From positions 1-64,000 of the forward strand of contig JBBDMM010000010.1 in the NCBI GenBank assembly GCA_040878325.1: DNA of 64,000 bases, in the 5' to 3' direction. The notes beneath the pieces are model-generated. The model was not told the origin of the DNA. It saw only the letters and a list, made by a program, of their open reading frames with translations, and did no database searches. Every line of letters begins with the position of its first letter. The stretch's first letter is position 1. The position numbers and the translations under genes were made by a program. This DNA is from Acidimicrobiia bacterium (lineage in GTDB: Bacteria; Actinomycetota; Acidimicrobiia; Spongiisociales; UBA11373). Below, in pieces: positions 7,790 through 18,471 of this stretch.

Positions 7790-10414
7790 TTAAACCGTCG
7801 AGTCCACTGCACGTTGGCCGAGGGCGGCGTGAGCGGCGGAGAGGCGGGCGATGGGAACCCGAGCCGGGCTGCACGACACGTAGTCGAGCCCGGTGCGGTG
7901 GCAGAAGTCGATCGTCGCCGGGTCGCCGCCGTGCTCGCCGCAGATTCCCACCTCCAGGTCGGGGCGGGCTGCCCGGCCCTCGCGGGTGGCGAGCTCCACC
8001 AGGCGACCGACGCCTTCGGTGTCGATCGACACGAAGGGGTCGGTGGTGAGAACCCCGAGTTCGAGGTACCGCGCCAGGAAGGCATCCTGGGCGTCGTCGC
8101 GGCTGATGCCGAACGTCATCTGGGTGAGGTCGTTGGTGCCGAAGGAGAAGAAGCGAGCGTGCGCGGCCAACTGCCCGGCGGTGAGCGCCGCTCGGGGGAT
8201 CTCGATCATCGTCCCCACCGGGATGTCCACTGCCACCCCGGAAGCCGCCACCTCCCGGCGGATCATCTCCTCCATCCTGCCCAGTTCCTCCACGGTGGAT
8301 ACCAGCGGCACCATGATCTCGAGGTGGGGGTCCCCGCCTGCGGCCAGCCTTCGCTTGACGGCCTCGAGCGCGGCGCGGACCTGGGCGACGTACAGCTCCG
8401 GGCGCACGATCCCCAGCCGGACGCCCCGCAGGCCCATCATCGGGTTCGATTCTTCGAGGCGGCGCACCGCGGCGATCAGGTGATCGATCTCCCCGGGGTC
8501 GGCGTGCTTGGCGATGAGCTCGCTCCGCTCCATCACGAGATCGATGCGCGCCGGGAGGAACTCGTGGAGGGGCGGGTCCAGCAGTCGGACGACGACGGGC
8601 TTGCCGTCCATGGCCGTCAGGAGCTCCTCGAAGTCGTCGGCCTGCACCTTCTCGAGTGCGGCGAGGGCATTCTCGGGGTCTTCGTCGAGGATCACTTGCT
8701 GGACGATCGGCAGCCGCTCACCCATGAACATGTGCTCGGTGCGGGCGAGGCCGATCCCGTCGGCACCCCAGCGAGCCGCTTCGGCGGCGGTGGCCCCGTC
8801 ATCGGCATTCGCCCGAACTCCGAGCGTGCGCACTTCGTCGGCCCAGGCGAGCAGTTGCTCGAGTTCGTCGCTGGGCTCCGGACGGATGAGGGGCAGTTCT
8901 CCGAGGTACACCCGGCCGGTCCCGCCGTCGATCGTGATCACATCGCCTTCGGAGACAACCGTGCCACCCGAGCTGAAACGCCGGTTCGCCTCGTCGACGA
9001 TCATGCCCCCCGCTCCGGTCACCGCCGGGGTGCCCATTCCGCGAGCGACGACCGCCGCGTGGCTGGTGCGCCCCCCGTGGCTGGTGAGGATGCCCTCGGC
9101 CGCCGCCATCCCGTGGATGTCGTCCGGGGTGGTCTCCCACCTGACGAGGATCACCGGTGTACCCGCCGCCGCCATCTCCACTGCCCGATCGGCGTTGAAC
9201 ACCGCCGCGCCACATGCTGCTCCCGGTGATGCGTTGAGACCCCTGGCGATCGGGTCGGCTGCCACCGGCTGGTCGAGCCCCGGGTGGAGTAGTTGGTCGA
9301 GCGACGCCGGGTCGACCCGAAGCAGGGCTGTGTCGCGATCGATCACGCCCTCCTCCACCAACTCGACGGCAATGCGGACGGCAGCTGCGGCGGTCCGCTT
9401 GCCGACTCTGGTCTGGAGGATCCACAGCTTCTCGCGCTCGACGGTGAACTCGATGTCGCACATGTCGCGGTAGTGGCGTTCGAGCTTGCCCATCACCTCG
9501 ACCAGTTCGGCGTGGAGGGTGGGGTGCCGCTCGGCGAAGGCACGGAGGCTCACGGTGTTGCGGATTCCGGCCACGACGTCCTCACCCTGGGCGTCGGGGA
9601 GGTAGTCGCCATAGGGCGAAGCCTCGCCGGTGGATGGATCACGGGTGAAGCACACGCCGGTGCCAGAATCCGCCCCCAGGTCACCGAACACCATCGACTG
9701 CACGTTGCAGGCGGTGGCGAGATCCTCGGGAAGCCGGTGGATGTGGCGATAGTCGCGGGCGCGCTGGTTGTTCCATGAGGCGAAGACCGCGGCGATGGCC
9801 CCCCGGAGTTGTTCGTGAGGGTCTTCGGGCAGCGGGGTGCCGGTGGCGGCGACGATCTCCTTGAACCGGCGGGTGGCCTCCCGCATGTCGTCGGCGGTCA
9901 GTTGGCTGTCGTCGTCGACGCCCCGGGCCTGGCGAAGGTCGGTGAGCACCTCCTCGAAGGCGGACCCTTTGGCCCCAAGAACGACCTTGCCGTAGGTTTG
10001 GGCGAACCGGCGGTAGGCGTCCCAGGCGAACTGTTCCCCGCCCGACCATGCCGTCAGCGCGGCATGAACTTCGTCGTTCATGCCGAGATTCATCACCGTG
10101 TCCATCATTCCCGGCATCGAGAACTTTGCCCCGGAGCGCACCGACACCAGCAGGGGCACTCCGTCGGTGGCACCGAAAGTCCGTCCGGTGGTCTGCTCGA
10201 GCCGCCGAAGGGCCTCGACCGTCTCGTCCCAGATGTCGTTGGCGAGGGCCCCTTCATCGAGGAAACGACGGCATGCCTTCGTCGACAGGGTGAAACCAGG
10301 CGGCACCGGCAACCCGAGCCGGGTCATCGTGGCAAGCCCGGCCCCCTTCCCCCCGAGCCCCTCCTTGTCGTCCCCATCACCCACCGCAAAATCAAACGCG
10401 TACATGCCGACCAT
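7790..10414 (-). CDS. ppdK: Pyruvate, phosphate dikinase
   Basis: GGKGAGL, LLVSVRSGAKFSMPGMMDT, GGRTSHAAVVAR (phospho-His), GIGLARTEHMF, SFGTNDLTQ, GICGEHGG. Confidence 0.97.
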   Translation of the reverse strand: MVGMYAFDFAVGDGDDKEGLGGKGAGLATMTRLGLPVPPGFTLSTKACRRFLDEGALANDIWDETVEALRRLEQTTGRTFGATDGVPLLVSVRSGAKFSMPGMMDTVMNLGMNDEVHAALTAWSGGEQFAWDAYRRFAQTYGKVVLGAKGSAFEEVLTDLRQARGVDDDSQLTADDMREATRRFKEIVAATGTPLPEDPHEQLRGAIAAVFASWNNQRARDYRHIHRLPEDLATACNVQSMVFGDLGADSGTGVCFTRDPSTGEASPYGDYLPDAQGEDVVAGIRNTVSLRAFAERHPTLHAELVEVMGKLERHYRDMCDIEFTVEREKLWILQTRVGKRTAAAAVRIAVELVEEGVIDRDTALLRVDPASLDQLLHPGLDQPVAADPIARGLNASPGAACGAAVFNADRAVEMAAAGTPVILVRWETTPDDIHGMAAAEGILTSHGGRTSHAAVVARGMGTPAVTGAGGMIVDEANRRFSSGGTVVSEGDVITIDGGTGRVYLGELPLIRPEPSDELEQLLAWADEVRTLGVRANADDGATAAEAARWGADGIGLARTEHMFMGERLPIVQQVILDEDPENALAALEKVQADDFEELLTAMDGKPVVVRLLDPPLHEFLPARIDLVMERSELIAKHADPGEIDHLIAAVRRLEESNPMMGLRGVRLGIVRPELYVAQVRAALEAVKRRLAAGGDPHLEIMVPLVSTVEELGRMEEMIRREVAASGVAVDIPVGTMIEIPRAALTAGQLAAHARFFSFGTNDLTQMTFGISRDDAQDAFLARYLELGVLTTDPFVSIDTEGVGRLVELATREGRAARPDLEVGICGEHGGDPATIDFCHRTGLDYVSCSPARVPIARLSAAHAALGQRAVDSTV

Positions 10415-10542
10415 TGTGGTCTGATCGCGCCGAGTGTCAGTAGCGGGCGGAAGTCCTAACGAGCCAGGAGGCCTTCCGCCCTCCGCCGTCGGCAAGAAAC
10501 GCAAAGAAGCCACGCTCCCGCGGATAGCGGAGGAGCGATTCC

Positions 10543-10567
10543 TGCTGGAGGCTGGAGGCTGGAGGCG
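10543..10567. repeat. Heptamer array (GCTGGAG)n
   Basis: Three or more 7-bp units. Confidence 0.7.
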
Positions 10568-10588
10568 GTAGCGGCCGGGAACCGGCCG

Positions 10589-11707
10589 CTACCTCACTGG
10601 CAACTCGACGTGGACGGTGGTGCCCTGGCTTTCGTCGGATTGGAGGCCGTAGACGCCGCCGGCGGTGGCTACGCGGCGTGCCATGTTGCCGAGGCCGAGG
10701 CCGTGATGGTCCTTCGACGTGTCGAAGCCGGATCCGTTGTCGGAGATCGTCACCATCACCCGATCGTCGAGGCATTGCACGCTCACGCTGATGTCGGTGG
10801 CGTCGGCGTGGCGGAGGGCGTTGCTTGCTGCCTCTCCGACGATCGCCACCAGGTGATCGGCGATGGCGGCGTCGGGCACCCCGGGTGGGCAGTGGACGGT
10901 GAGGGCGATCTCCTTGCCGTGGGGACGGGAGAGTTCGGCCAGCAACTCGCTGAGGCGGGAAGTGAGGCCGGGCTGAGCCCAGACCGGCGGCTGGAGATCG
11001 AAGATGAATCTCCGCAGGGCGATGATCGTCGAGTCGAGCCGGTCGACCGCATCGTCGATCCGCTCCTTCACCGAGGTCGGGTCACTATCGATCTTGCCGA
11101 TCGACGCCTGGAGCCCCAGCCCGACTGCGAAGAGGTCTTGGATGATCGAGTCGTGCAGGTCGCGGGCTATTCGCTCGCGGTCTTCGGTCAGGGCGGCACG
11201 GCGGAGTCGTTCCTGAAGCCGAAGGGTGGAGATCGCCGCTCCGGCGGTGACGGCCATGAACTCGACGAGCACCTCGTCGCCGTCGTCGAAGCCCCCCTCC
11301 TTCTCGGTGAGGTACAAATTGCCGAAGATCCGGCTGCCGACGCGCACAGGCACCCCCAGGAAGGAGTGCATCTCCGGGTGGTGGTCGGGGAAGCCAACCG
11401 AATCGGGGTGGTTGGCGATCTCGTCGATGCGCACCGTTTTCGCCTGGCGGGTGATGGTCCCCAGGACCCCCTCCCCCCGGGGAAGGTGTCCGATGGCGTC
11501 GGCCGTGTCGGAGCCGATGCCGATGTGGATGAAGTCGATCAGGGTGCCGTGCTCGCCGATCACCCCGAGTGCCCCGTAGCGGGCTCCTGTCAGCTCCATT
11601 GCCATGACCACCGTCGACTCGAGCAGCGAGCCCAGCTCGACCTGGCCCACGACGCTGGCGGCGGCTTCCACGAGGCCACGAATTCGGCCGGGGGTGAAGT
11701 CCTTCAC
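10589..11707 (-). CDS. GAF-domain sensor histidine kinase (DevS/DosS-like, HisKA_3)
   Basis: ARYGALGV, GFPDHHPEMHSFLGVP, FGNLYLTEK, ERIARDLHDSIIQ, EAASNALRHA, DNGSGF, GLGL. Confidence 0.9.
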   Translation of the reverse strand: MKDFTPGRIRGLVEAAASVVGQVELGSLLESTVVMAMELTGARYGALGVIGEHGTLIDFIHIGIGSDTADAIGHLPRGEGVLGTITRQAKTVRIDEIANHPDSVGFPDHHPEMHSFLGVPVRVGSRIFGNLYLTEKEGGFDDGDEVLVEFMAVTAGAAISTLRLQERLRRAALTEDRERIARDLHDSIIQDLFAVGLGLQASIGKIDSDPTSVKERIDDAVDRLDSTIIALRRFIFDLQPPVWAQPGLTSRLSELLAELSRPHGKEIALTVHCPPGVPDAAIADHLVAIVGEAASNALRHADATDISVSVQCLDDRVMVTISDNGSGFDTSKDHHGLGLGNMARRVATAGGVYGLQSDESQGTTVHVELPVR

Positions 11708-11753
11708 GGGGCGAGATTGTATGACCCCTCGACGCCCGTTACGGGCGCCAGTT

Positions 11754-11783
11754 AGGGCCGTTTGGAGGGGGTCTTGTGCCTTT
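11754..11783. promoter_or_regulatory. Possible DosR/OsdR-type binding sites in divergent promoter
   Basis: AGGGCCGTTTGG and GGGGTCTTGTGCCTTT partly resemble AGGGCC-N4-GGCCCT; weak match. Confidence 0.3.
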
Positions 11784-11825
11784 CCGCCGTCTCGGCGGCC
11801 GAAGCGCCCCGGGTATCGTGGGGTC

Positions 11826-12503
11826 GTGACGAAGGCACTTCGCATCGAACTGGTGGACGACCACGAAGTGGTCCGCAGTGGCCTGAAGTCGATGCTCGAC
11901 GCCGAAGACGACCTCCAGGTCGTCGGCGAGGCAGGCTCGGTCGAAGAGGCCATCCGCCGGGTCGGCTTCGACGAGCCCGACGTGGTGATCCTCGACGTAC
12001 GGCTCCCCGATGGAAGCGGGGTGGAGGCTTGCCGCGAGATCCGCACCCGCTGGCCCGACATCAATGTTTTGATGCTCACCTCGTTCGCCGACGACGAGGC
12101 CCTTTTCGCCTCGATTCTCGCAGGAGCGTCCGGCTACGTCCTCAAGCAGATCAAGGGATCGGATCTCATCGAGAGTGTGCGCAAGGTGGGTCGCGGCGAG
12201 TCCCTCCTCGATCCCGAGATGACTGACCGGGTGTTCCGCCGCATTCGCGGCGAGGAGCAGGGCGACCCGCTGCTGGCCCGGCTCAGCAAGCAGGAGCGTC
12301 GTATCCTCGAATACATCGCCGAAGGCTTGACGAACCGGCAGATCAGTGAGCAGATGTTCCTCGCCGAGAAGACCGTCAAGAACTACGTCTCCAACGTCCT
12401 CGCCAAGCTCGAGATGAGCCGTCGCAGCGAGGCGGCCGCCTATGCCGCCAGGCTGCAGGCAGAGAAAGAGCATCGATACCCACCGGAGCAATGGCCGTCA
12501 TGA
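11826..12503 (+). CDS. NarL/LuxR response regulator (DevR/DosR-like)
   Basis: LVDDHEVVRSGL, DVRLPDGSG, LTSFADDEAL, GLTNRQI, AEKTVKNYVSNVLAKL. Confidence 0.92.
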   Translation: MTKALRIELVDDHEVVRSGLKSMLDAEDDLQVVGEAGSVEEAIRRVGFDEPDVVILDVRLPDGSGVEACREIRTRWPDINVLMLTSFADDEALFASILAGASGYVLKQIKGSDLIESVRKVGRGESLLDPEMTDRVFRRIRGEEQGDPLLARLSKQERRILEYIAEGLTNRQISEQMFLAEKTVKNYVSNVLAKLEMSRRSEAAAYAARLQAEKEHRYPPEQWPS

Positions 12504-12922
12504 AGATCATCGTCGGAGTGGACGACAGCGACATGGCCGAGTCCGCGGTGAAGCGGGCACTGGATCTCGGTGGGCGCCTCGGTGCGGAGGTAGATGTCGT
12601 CAACGTGTCACATGTCCCCTCGACGGTGCTGGCGGCGATGGCGGGGGTGCCCACCGTCGCCGAGGATTTCGCCCACGCCCAGCGGGAGGGCGTCTGGGCG
12701 CGAATCGGCCCCTTGCTGGAGGGGACCACCGCCTCGCGTGTCGACCTGGAGGGCTACCCGCCCGACGCATTGATCGACCATGCGAAGGCGACGTCGGCCG
12801 ATCTCATCGTGGTGGGAAGCCGGGGCAGAGGGGACCTGGCCTCGTTGCTGCTGGGAAGCACGAGCCACCGGGTCGTCAACAACGCGCCGTGCGACGTCCT
12901 GGTCGTGCGGGGAGAGGGATGA
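12500..12922 (+). CDS. Universal stress protein
   Basis: IIVGVDDS, DLIVVGSRGRG, LLGSTSHRVV, APCDVLVV; ATGA overlap with the regulator. Confidence 0.92.
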   Translation: MKIIVGVDDSDMAESAVKRALDLGGRLGAEVDVVNVSHVPSTVLAAMAGVPTVAEDFAHAQREGVWARIGPLLEGTTASRVDLEGYPPDALIDHAKATSADLIVVGSRGRGDLASLLLGSTSHRVVNNAPCDVLVVRGEG

Positions 12923-12923
12923 C

Positions 12924-13589
12924 ATGAAGGTTCGAGATCTGATGACGACGGAGCCGATCACCACGACTCCTGGCGCCTCGCTCAAAGAGGCAGCGCGTGC
13001 CATGGTGCGGGAGAAGGTGAGCGGCTTGCCCGTCGTGGAGGGCGGCAAGCTGGTCGGCATGGTCACCGAGGGCGACTTCCTCCGCCAGGAGGCCGACCGG
13101 GACCAGCCCTATCGGCTGAGCCTTCTCGAGGCGCTGTTCGGCGACGGCACCAATGAGCCAGAGGCAGAGACCGTGCGCGAAGTCATGTCGAGCCCCGTGG
13201 TGACGATCACCTCCGACGCCACCCTCAGCGAGGCGGCGCGGGTGATGTCGCACCGCAATGTGAAGCGGCTCCCCGTGGTCGATGAAGACGGCGCCCTGAT
13301 CGGCATCATCAGCCGGGCCGACGTCGTGAACGCGTTCACCAAGCCCGACGAGGTGATCGAAGACGAGATCCGCGAAGACATCGTGCGGCGCCTGCTATTC
13401 CTCGAACCCGACGTGATCGACGTCAAGGTGGACGGCGGCGTGGTCACCCTGTCCGGGGAGCTGGAGAACCGCACCGAAGCCCATCTGCTCGAAGAGCTCA
13501 CCCGCCGCATCGCCGGCGTCATCAAGGTCAACAGTGACCTCACCTACGAGGTAGACGACGGCCGGATCGGGAAGTCGTACCCGCTGTAG
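12924..13589 (+). CDS. CBS-pair plus BON domain protein
   Basis: KVRDLMT, SGLPVV, KRLPVVD, GIISRAD; C-terminal VKVDGGVVTLSGE. Confidence 0.9.
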   Translation: MKVRDLMTTEPITTTPGASLKEAARAMVREKVSGLPVVEGGKLVGMVTEGDFLRQEADRDQPYRLSLLEALFGDGTNEPEAETVREVMSSPVVTITSDATLSEAARVMSHRNVKRLPVVDEDGALIGIISRADVVNAFTKPDEVIEDEIREDIVRRLLFLEPDVIDVKVDGGVVTLSGELENRTEAHLLEELTRRIAGVIKVNSDLTYEVDDGRIGKSYPL

Positions 13590-13674
13590 GGCCTCGCTTC
13601 GCTCGGCCGCAATTGGCAATTGGCGATTGGTAAGAGCGGGGCCATCCGGGGTCTTGGCCGTCGGCTGTTGGCTC

Positions 13675-14481
13675 CTAAATCAGCGCTTTGACCGCGTCCG
13701 CCACCGCATCTGGCTGCTCCATTGGTACGAAGTGGGTCGCCCCCGCGATCGTCCTTAGTTCGGCGTTTCGGAAGCGGGAGATCAGGCTCACGCCGAACTC
13801 TGGGGGGTGGCTGTTCGAGTGCTCCCCGACCAGGACCGTCACCGCACATCCGATCTCGCCGAGGCGGGCCCAGGCTCCGTGGGCGGTGGCCGCCCGATAG
13901 AACTCGGCCTCGATCTCGGGCGGGCAGGCCAGGGTGCGGCCGCCGTCGGCGGCCTCAACGGTTCCGTGCTCCACATACAGACGAAGGGACTCGTCGGTCC
14001 ATCGGGCGAACGGCCCCCGTCCGTGGAACGACTCGAAGGCGCTTTCGACCGATTCAAAGTGGTGGCGTCGCCGGAGGGCCTGCATCGTCAGCGGGTTGTC
14101 CTCGCCCCTGACAAACGGCGGCGGGAGGATGATCGGCTCGATCAGCACCAGGGCCGAGAAAGTGCCTGGACGGATGATCTCCGCCATCGCCACCGCCGCC
14201 CCGCCCGACGAGTGGCCCACTCCGATCGGGCTATCGGCGGAATCTCCGAGCACGTCGCTGACGTCGGCGCCGAGATCCCACCAGTCGAACGGCGGTTGCG
14301 GCGTGCCGGATGCGCCGTGGCCCCGTTGGTCGAGCAGGGTCGCCCGGACTCCAGGCAGCCGATCGACCACAGGAAGCCAGGTCTCCTTGCAAAACCCGGT
14401 GGCGTGGACGAACAGCGCGTGGGCACCCCGATCACCAACCGCCGAAACCGCCAGCGGAATCCCATCGCGAGCAGTGATCAC
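13675..14481 (-). CDS. Alpha/beta hydrolase (possibly MenH-role, by position)
   Basis: HATGF, DQRGHG, GHSSGG, HFVPME; directly downstream of menD-menF. Confidence 0.8.
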   Translation of the reverse strand: MITARDGIPLAVSAVGDRGAHALFVHATGFCKETWLPVVDRLPGVRATLLDQRGHGASGTPQPPFDWWDLGADVSDVLGDSADSPIGVGHSSGGAAVAMAEIIRPGTFSALVLIEPIILPPPFVRGEDNPLTMQALRRRHHFESVESAFESFHGRGPFARWTDESLRLYVEHGTVEAADGGRTLACPPEIEAEFYRAATAHGAWARLGEIGCAVTVLVGEHSNSHPPEFGVSLISRFRNAELRTIAGATHFVPMEQPDAVADAVKALI

Positions 14482-14523
14482 CGTGATCTGGCTTCCTTCT
14501 TCCTTCTTGCCAATCGCCAATCG

Positions 14524-15843
14524 CTAATCGCCGGGCCCGAGCGCAGCGAGGGCCCTAACCATCGGCCGGAGCTTCAGACGGGTCTCTTCGAGCTCTCTGG
14601 CGGGGTCGCTGTCGGCGACGATGCCGTTGCCCGCGTAGGCGATCGCATGGGGACCACGGATGAGGGCGCTGCGCAGGCCCAGCGCCAGCTCTCCGGTGCC
14701 GGAGGCGTCGGCCCAGCCGATTCCGCCCGAGTACCAGCCCCGGTCGATGCCCTCCATCTTCTCGATGAACGCCAGGGCTTCGGCGCGGGGGGTGCCGGCC
14801 ACCGCCGGGGTGGGGTGGAGGGCGTCGGCGAGTTCGAGCAGACGGGAGTCGGTGGTGCCCCGGATGGGGGTGGCCAGGTGCTGCACGGTTGCGAAGCGGT
14901 GGAGCACCGGGGTCGGCGATCGTTCCAGGGTGGTGGTGATCGGGCGGAGGCGTTGCACCGCGTCGGCGACGACGAGCTCGTGTTCTTCCCGGTTCTTGGC
15001 GCTGCCGAGCAGGTCGTCACCGAGACGGCGGTCCTCCTCGGCGTCGGCGCCGCGGGCGGCCGATCCCGCCATGGGAGCGAGGTGGAAGTTCTGGCCGTCG
15101 CGCCCCACCAGCAGCTCGGGGCTGGCGCCGATGAACACGGCCTCGCCCTCCTGCCACCCGAACACATGGCACTCGGGGTACCGGTCACGCAGTTCCGAGA
15201 CCAGGTCGAACGCCCCGATCGCCACGGCTGCCTTCACGGCCACCGATCGGGCGAGCACCACCTTCTGCATCGATCCTGCCTTGATCGCCGCCACGGCCTC
15301 GTCGACGAGCCCGAGCCAGTCGGTCGGAGCGGGTCGCGCCTCCACGGTGTTCTCGATGGGGGATTCCTCTGGGATCGGCGGCGGGGCTTTCAGCGTGGCC
15401 GCCAGGGTCAGCAGCAGGTGGCCTTCCGCCCCTGGGGGAAGGGCGATCCACAGGCGCGACTTCCCGTCCCGTCTTGCCACCGCCACCTCGGGCACCACCA
15501 GCGTCGCCGACGGGAAGCCCTCCCAGTCGGGCCCCATCGTTCCATCCCCGTTGAATGCGAAGCCGACCATTGCCGGTATTTCCGATTCGAGGTTGCGGAG
15601 ATCCGCATCGAGCAGATTCAGCCGGTTGGTGCCCGACGCCGCAACCCGGTGGGCCACCCCGAGGGTTCCGATGGTGGTGCCTTCGGGTGATGCGTAGAAG
15701 GCGGCGTGGCCGAATCCCGCCGCGCCGGAACGAACGAGGTCGAGGGGATCGATGTCGGCTTCGGCGTCGACGATCCGGAGCCCCGCGGGGAGAGCGCGCA
15801 GCTGCCGGGCGAGGGCGGCCAGGGTCGGACGAGGTATCAGCAT
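14524..15843 (-). CDS. menF: Isochorismate synthase
   Basis: KVVLAR, FIGASPELL, AGSAAR, KNREEH, LHPTPAV, RGWYSG, AGNGIV, ETRLK. Confidence 0.92.
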   Translation of the reverse strand: MLIPRPTLAALARQLRALPAGLRIVDAEADIDPLDLVRSGAAGFGHAAFYASPEGTTIGTLGVAHRVAASGTNRLNLLDADLRNLESEIPAMVGFAFNGDGTMGPDWEGFPSATLVVPEVAVARRDGKSRLWIALPPGAEGHLLLTLAATLKAPPPIPEESPIENTVEARPAPTDWLGLVDEAVAAIKAGSMQKVVLARSVAVKAAVAIGAFDLVSELRDRYPECHVFGWQEGEAVFIGASPELLVGRDGQNFHLAPMAGSAARGADAEEDRRLGDDLLGSAKNREEHELVVADAVQRLRPITTTLERSPTPVLHRFATVQHLATPIRGTTDSRLLELADALHPTPAVAGTPRAEALAFIEKMEGIDRGWYSGGIGWADASGTGELALGLRSALIRGPHAIAYAGNGIVADSDPARELEETRLKLRPMVRALAALGPGD

Positions 15844-15879
15844 CGATCCGATGGTACCGAGGGCGGGCGGCGGGCCCTC

Positions 15880-17571
15880 CTAGATCGATCGCAAGGCGGC
15901 TTCGACGGATTCCCTGATCCGCCGATGCAGCCCGACGTTCTCGTTCCGGTCGGTTCGCACCTCGAGGAGCAGCGGTTCGTCCCGCTTCGCCTCGATTCCC
16001 GCGGCGAGCGCCTCGGCGGTGTGCACCTGGCGGGCCTCGACGCCGAGCGAGCCGGCGACGGCGGTGAAGTCGAGGGCATGCGGCGTGCCAAAATGCCGCT
16101 CGAAGTGCTGGTGCCCCTCCTGGGGGAGGAAGTGAAAGATTCCTCCGCCGTCGTTGTTGACGACGACGATCGTCACGGGGATCTCCAGCCTGGCCGCGGT
16201 GGCCAGCGCGCCGAGGTCGTGGAGTACCGAGAGGTCGCCGGCTAGAAGCGTGGTCGGTCGTCCGGAGACTGCCGCCGACCCGAATCCGGCCGACAGGAAC
16301 CCGTCGATGCCGTTGACCCCCCGGTTGCCGATCACCCGGATCCGCCGGTCGGTCGGCTCGAGAAAGGCGTCGACGTCGCGGATGGGCATCGACGAGGCCA
16401 CCCACAGGGTGGAGTCGTCGTGGAGGGCCCGACCCACCATCCGCGCCACCGCGGGTTCATTGGGGAAAGCCGCGCCGTCGATCGCGGCGGCGACGGCGGA
16501 GGAGGCTGCGGCGTCGGCCGATCTCCAGGAGTCCATCCAGTCGCGCGACGCCGCGGAGCCGATCGCCTTGGCCAGGCCCTCGAGTGCCACTGCCGGGTCG
16601 GCTCGCAGGATGCTGGCCGCTGAGGCAGTGGGGTCGCGCCAGCCGGACGGTTCGATGAACAGGTGGGGGAGCCCGCGATTCTGTTCGAGCCAGTTCCACA
16701 CCGGCCGCGATGTGGGAAGGGCGCCGAACCTGACCACCCACGCCGGCTCGGACCGCTCCAACCATCCGCCCCATGCGAGCGGGTCGGCCGACCGGAGCAC
16801 CGCCGACCGGTCATGGGGGCCGCACCGGAGCCCCGAGAGGGCGTCGGCGAGGATCGGCCAGCCGGCGGCGGCGGCGAAGGCGGATGCCGCGGTGACGGCG
16901 GCAGGATCGTCTTGCGGTCCCGCGATGATGATGCCGCGGGTGCCGCTCATGGTCTCGGCAAGGTCGGCGATCGCTTCTGCCGATGGCTCGAGGCGGCCGT
17001 CGATCACCATCGGCGGGTCGGGCGTCTCCGGCGGCTCCGCCGTCGGCATCAACGGTTCGCGGTAGCGAATGTTCAGATGCACCGGCCCGGCGGGGGCGCC
17101 GACGGCCTCGGCGACGAGGCGGGCGGCGAGGGTCACCACTCGGGCCGGGTCGGCGTCGGCCGTCGACTCGACGTCGTGGAACCACTTGACGGTCCGCCCG
17201 AACAGGTTCTGCTGATCCATGGTCTGCGGTGCGCCAAATTCGCGGAGGTCGAACGGGCGGTCGGCGGTCAGGGCAATCAGCGGCACCCGGGCGTACCGGG
17301 CTTCGGCCAGTGCAGGGTGGAGCTCGGCAGCGGCGGTACCCGAGGTGGTGACGATCGCCACCGGTTCACCCAGGGTGCGAGCAATCCCGAGGGCAAAGAA
17401 CGCCGACGACCGCTCGTCGTGATGGGACCAGTCAGTGATGCCGGGCTCATCGGCGAACGCCAGCGCCAGCGGAGTGCTCCGCGACCCCGGGGTGATACAC
17501 ACGTGCCGCACCCCCAACCGGGCAAGCGCCCGCACGAGCGGAACGGTGAACGCGGTGGAGCGGTCGGTCAC
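15880..17571 (-). CDS. menD: SEPHCHC synthase
   Basis: PGSRSTPL, DERS, TSGTAAA, TADRP, GPVHLN, NRGVNGIDG, GDLS, NNDGGGIF. Confidence 0.95.
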   Translation of the reverse strand: MTDRSTAFTVPLVRALARLGVRHVCITPGSRSTPLALAFADEPGITDWSHHDERSSAFFALGIARTLGEPVAIVTTSGTAAAELHPALAEARYARVPLIALTADRPFDLREFGAPQTMDQQNLFGRTVKWFHDVESTADADPARVVTLAARLVAEAVGAPAGPVHLNIRYREPLMPTAEPPETPDPPMVIDGRLEPSAEAIADLAETMSGTRGIIIAGPQDDPAAVTAASAFAAAAGWPILADALSGLRCGPHDRSAVLRSADPLAWGGWLERSEPAWVVRFGALPTSRPVWNWLEQNRGLPHLFIEPSGWRDPTASAASILRADPAVALEGLAKAIGSAASRDWMDSWRSADAAASSAVAAAIDGAAFPNEPAVARMVGRALHDDSTLWVASSMPIRDVDAFLEPTDRRIRVIGNRGVNGIDGFLSAGFGSAAVSGRPTTLLAGDLSVLHDLGALATAARLEIPVTIVVVNNDGGGIFHFLPQEGHQHFERHFGTPHALDFTAVAGSLGVEARQVHTAEALAAGIEAKRDEPLLLEVRTDRNENVGLHRRIRESVEAALRSI

Positions 17572-17601
17572 GCGGAAACGGTAGCGGGGGGGGAAACTGC
17601 T

Positions 17602-18471
17602 CTATACCGCCAGCCCCACTCCCAGGAGGGCGCCCACTAGTAGGTGTAGAACTGCCGTCGCTTTGAGGGCTTTGATCAGGGCGGGGCCGGAGGTGGTGGT
17701 GGCGACGGTGCGGACCGGGGAGATTGCCAGGGGGAGGGCGGCGAGGGCCAGCAGCGACCAGCGGGGGATCCACCCGAGCCCGGCGAAGGCGGTAATCGCG
17801 GCGAACGTTCCGAACACGAGCCCTCCATAGAGGAGGGTCGTCGTCCGGCGGCCGATGATCACCGCCAGGGTGCGTTTCTTGGCGGCGCGGTCCGTGTCGA
17901 GATCGCGGAGGTTGTTGACCACCAGGATCGCAGTGACGAGGAATCCCACCGGGATCGCCACCAGCCACGCCTGCGAGGGCACGGTGGCATCGTGGGCGTA
18001 GCGGCTACCGGTGACCGCGGCGAGGCCGAAGAAGACGAACACGAATACCTCACCCAACCCGTGGTACCCGTACGGCCAGGGGCCCCCGGTGTAGGCGAGG
18101 GCGGCTCCGATGGCGGCAACGCCGATCGCCAGGATCAACGGGCCCGAGATGGCGGCGAGGTACAGGCCGCCGGCACACGCCGCCGTCAGCACCACCGCAG
18201 TGCCGATCCACACCTGGCGCGCCGTCAGCAGCCCGCTGGCGACGGCCCGGGGGGGACCGAGGCGCTCGGCAGTATCGGCGCCGCGGGCATGGTCCGAGGC
18301 GTCATTGGCGAAGTTCACCGCGATGTTGAGCAACACCGCGGTGACCAGGAGGACAAGGAAGGAATCCCATCGGAAGACCCCTTGCCCGTGGGCGAGGCCC
18401 GAGCCGACCAGCACCGGGGCGACGGACGCCAGCAGGGTGGGCGGCCGGGCGGCGACCAGCCACGCTTTCAC
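17602..18471 (-). CDS. menA: 1,4-dihydroxy-2-naphthoate polyprenyltransferase
   Basis: [36 protein letters not shown], multiple TM segments. Confidence 0.95.
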   Translation of the reverse strand: MKAWLVAARPPTLLASVAPVLVGSGLAHGQGVFRWDSFLVLLVTAVLLNIAVNFANDASDHARGADTAERLGPPRAVASGLLTARQVWIGTAVVLTAACAGGLYLAAISGPLILAIGVAAIGAALAYTGGPWPYGYHGLGEVFVFVFFGLAAVTGSRYAHDATVPSQAWLVAIPVGFLVTAILVVNNLRDLDTDRAAKKRTLAVIIGRRTTTLLYGGLVFGTFAAITAFAGLGWIPRWSLLALAALPLAISPVRTVATTTSGPALIKALKATAVLHLLVGALLGVGLAV

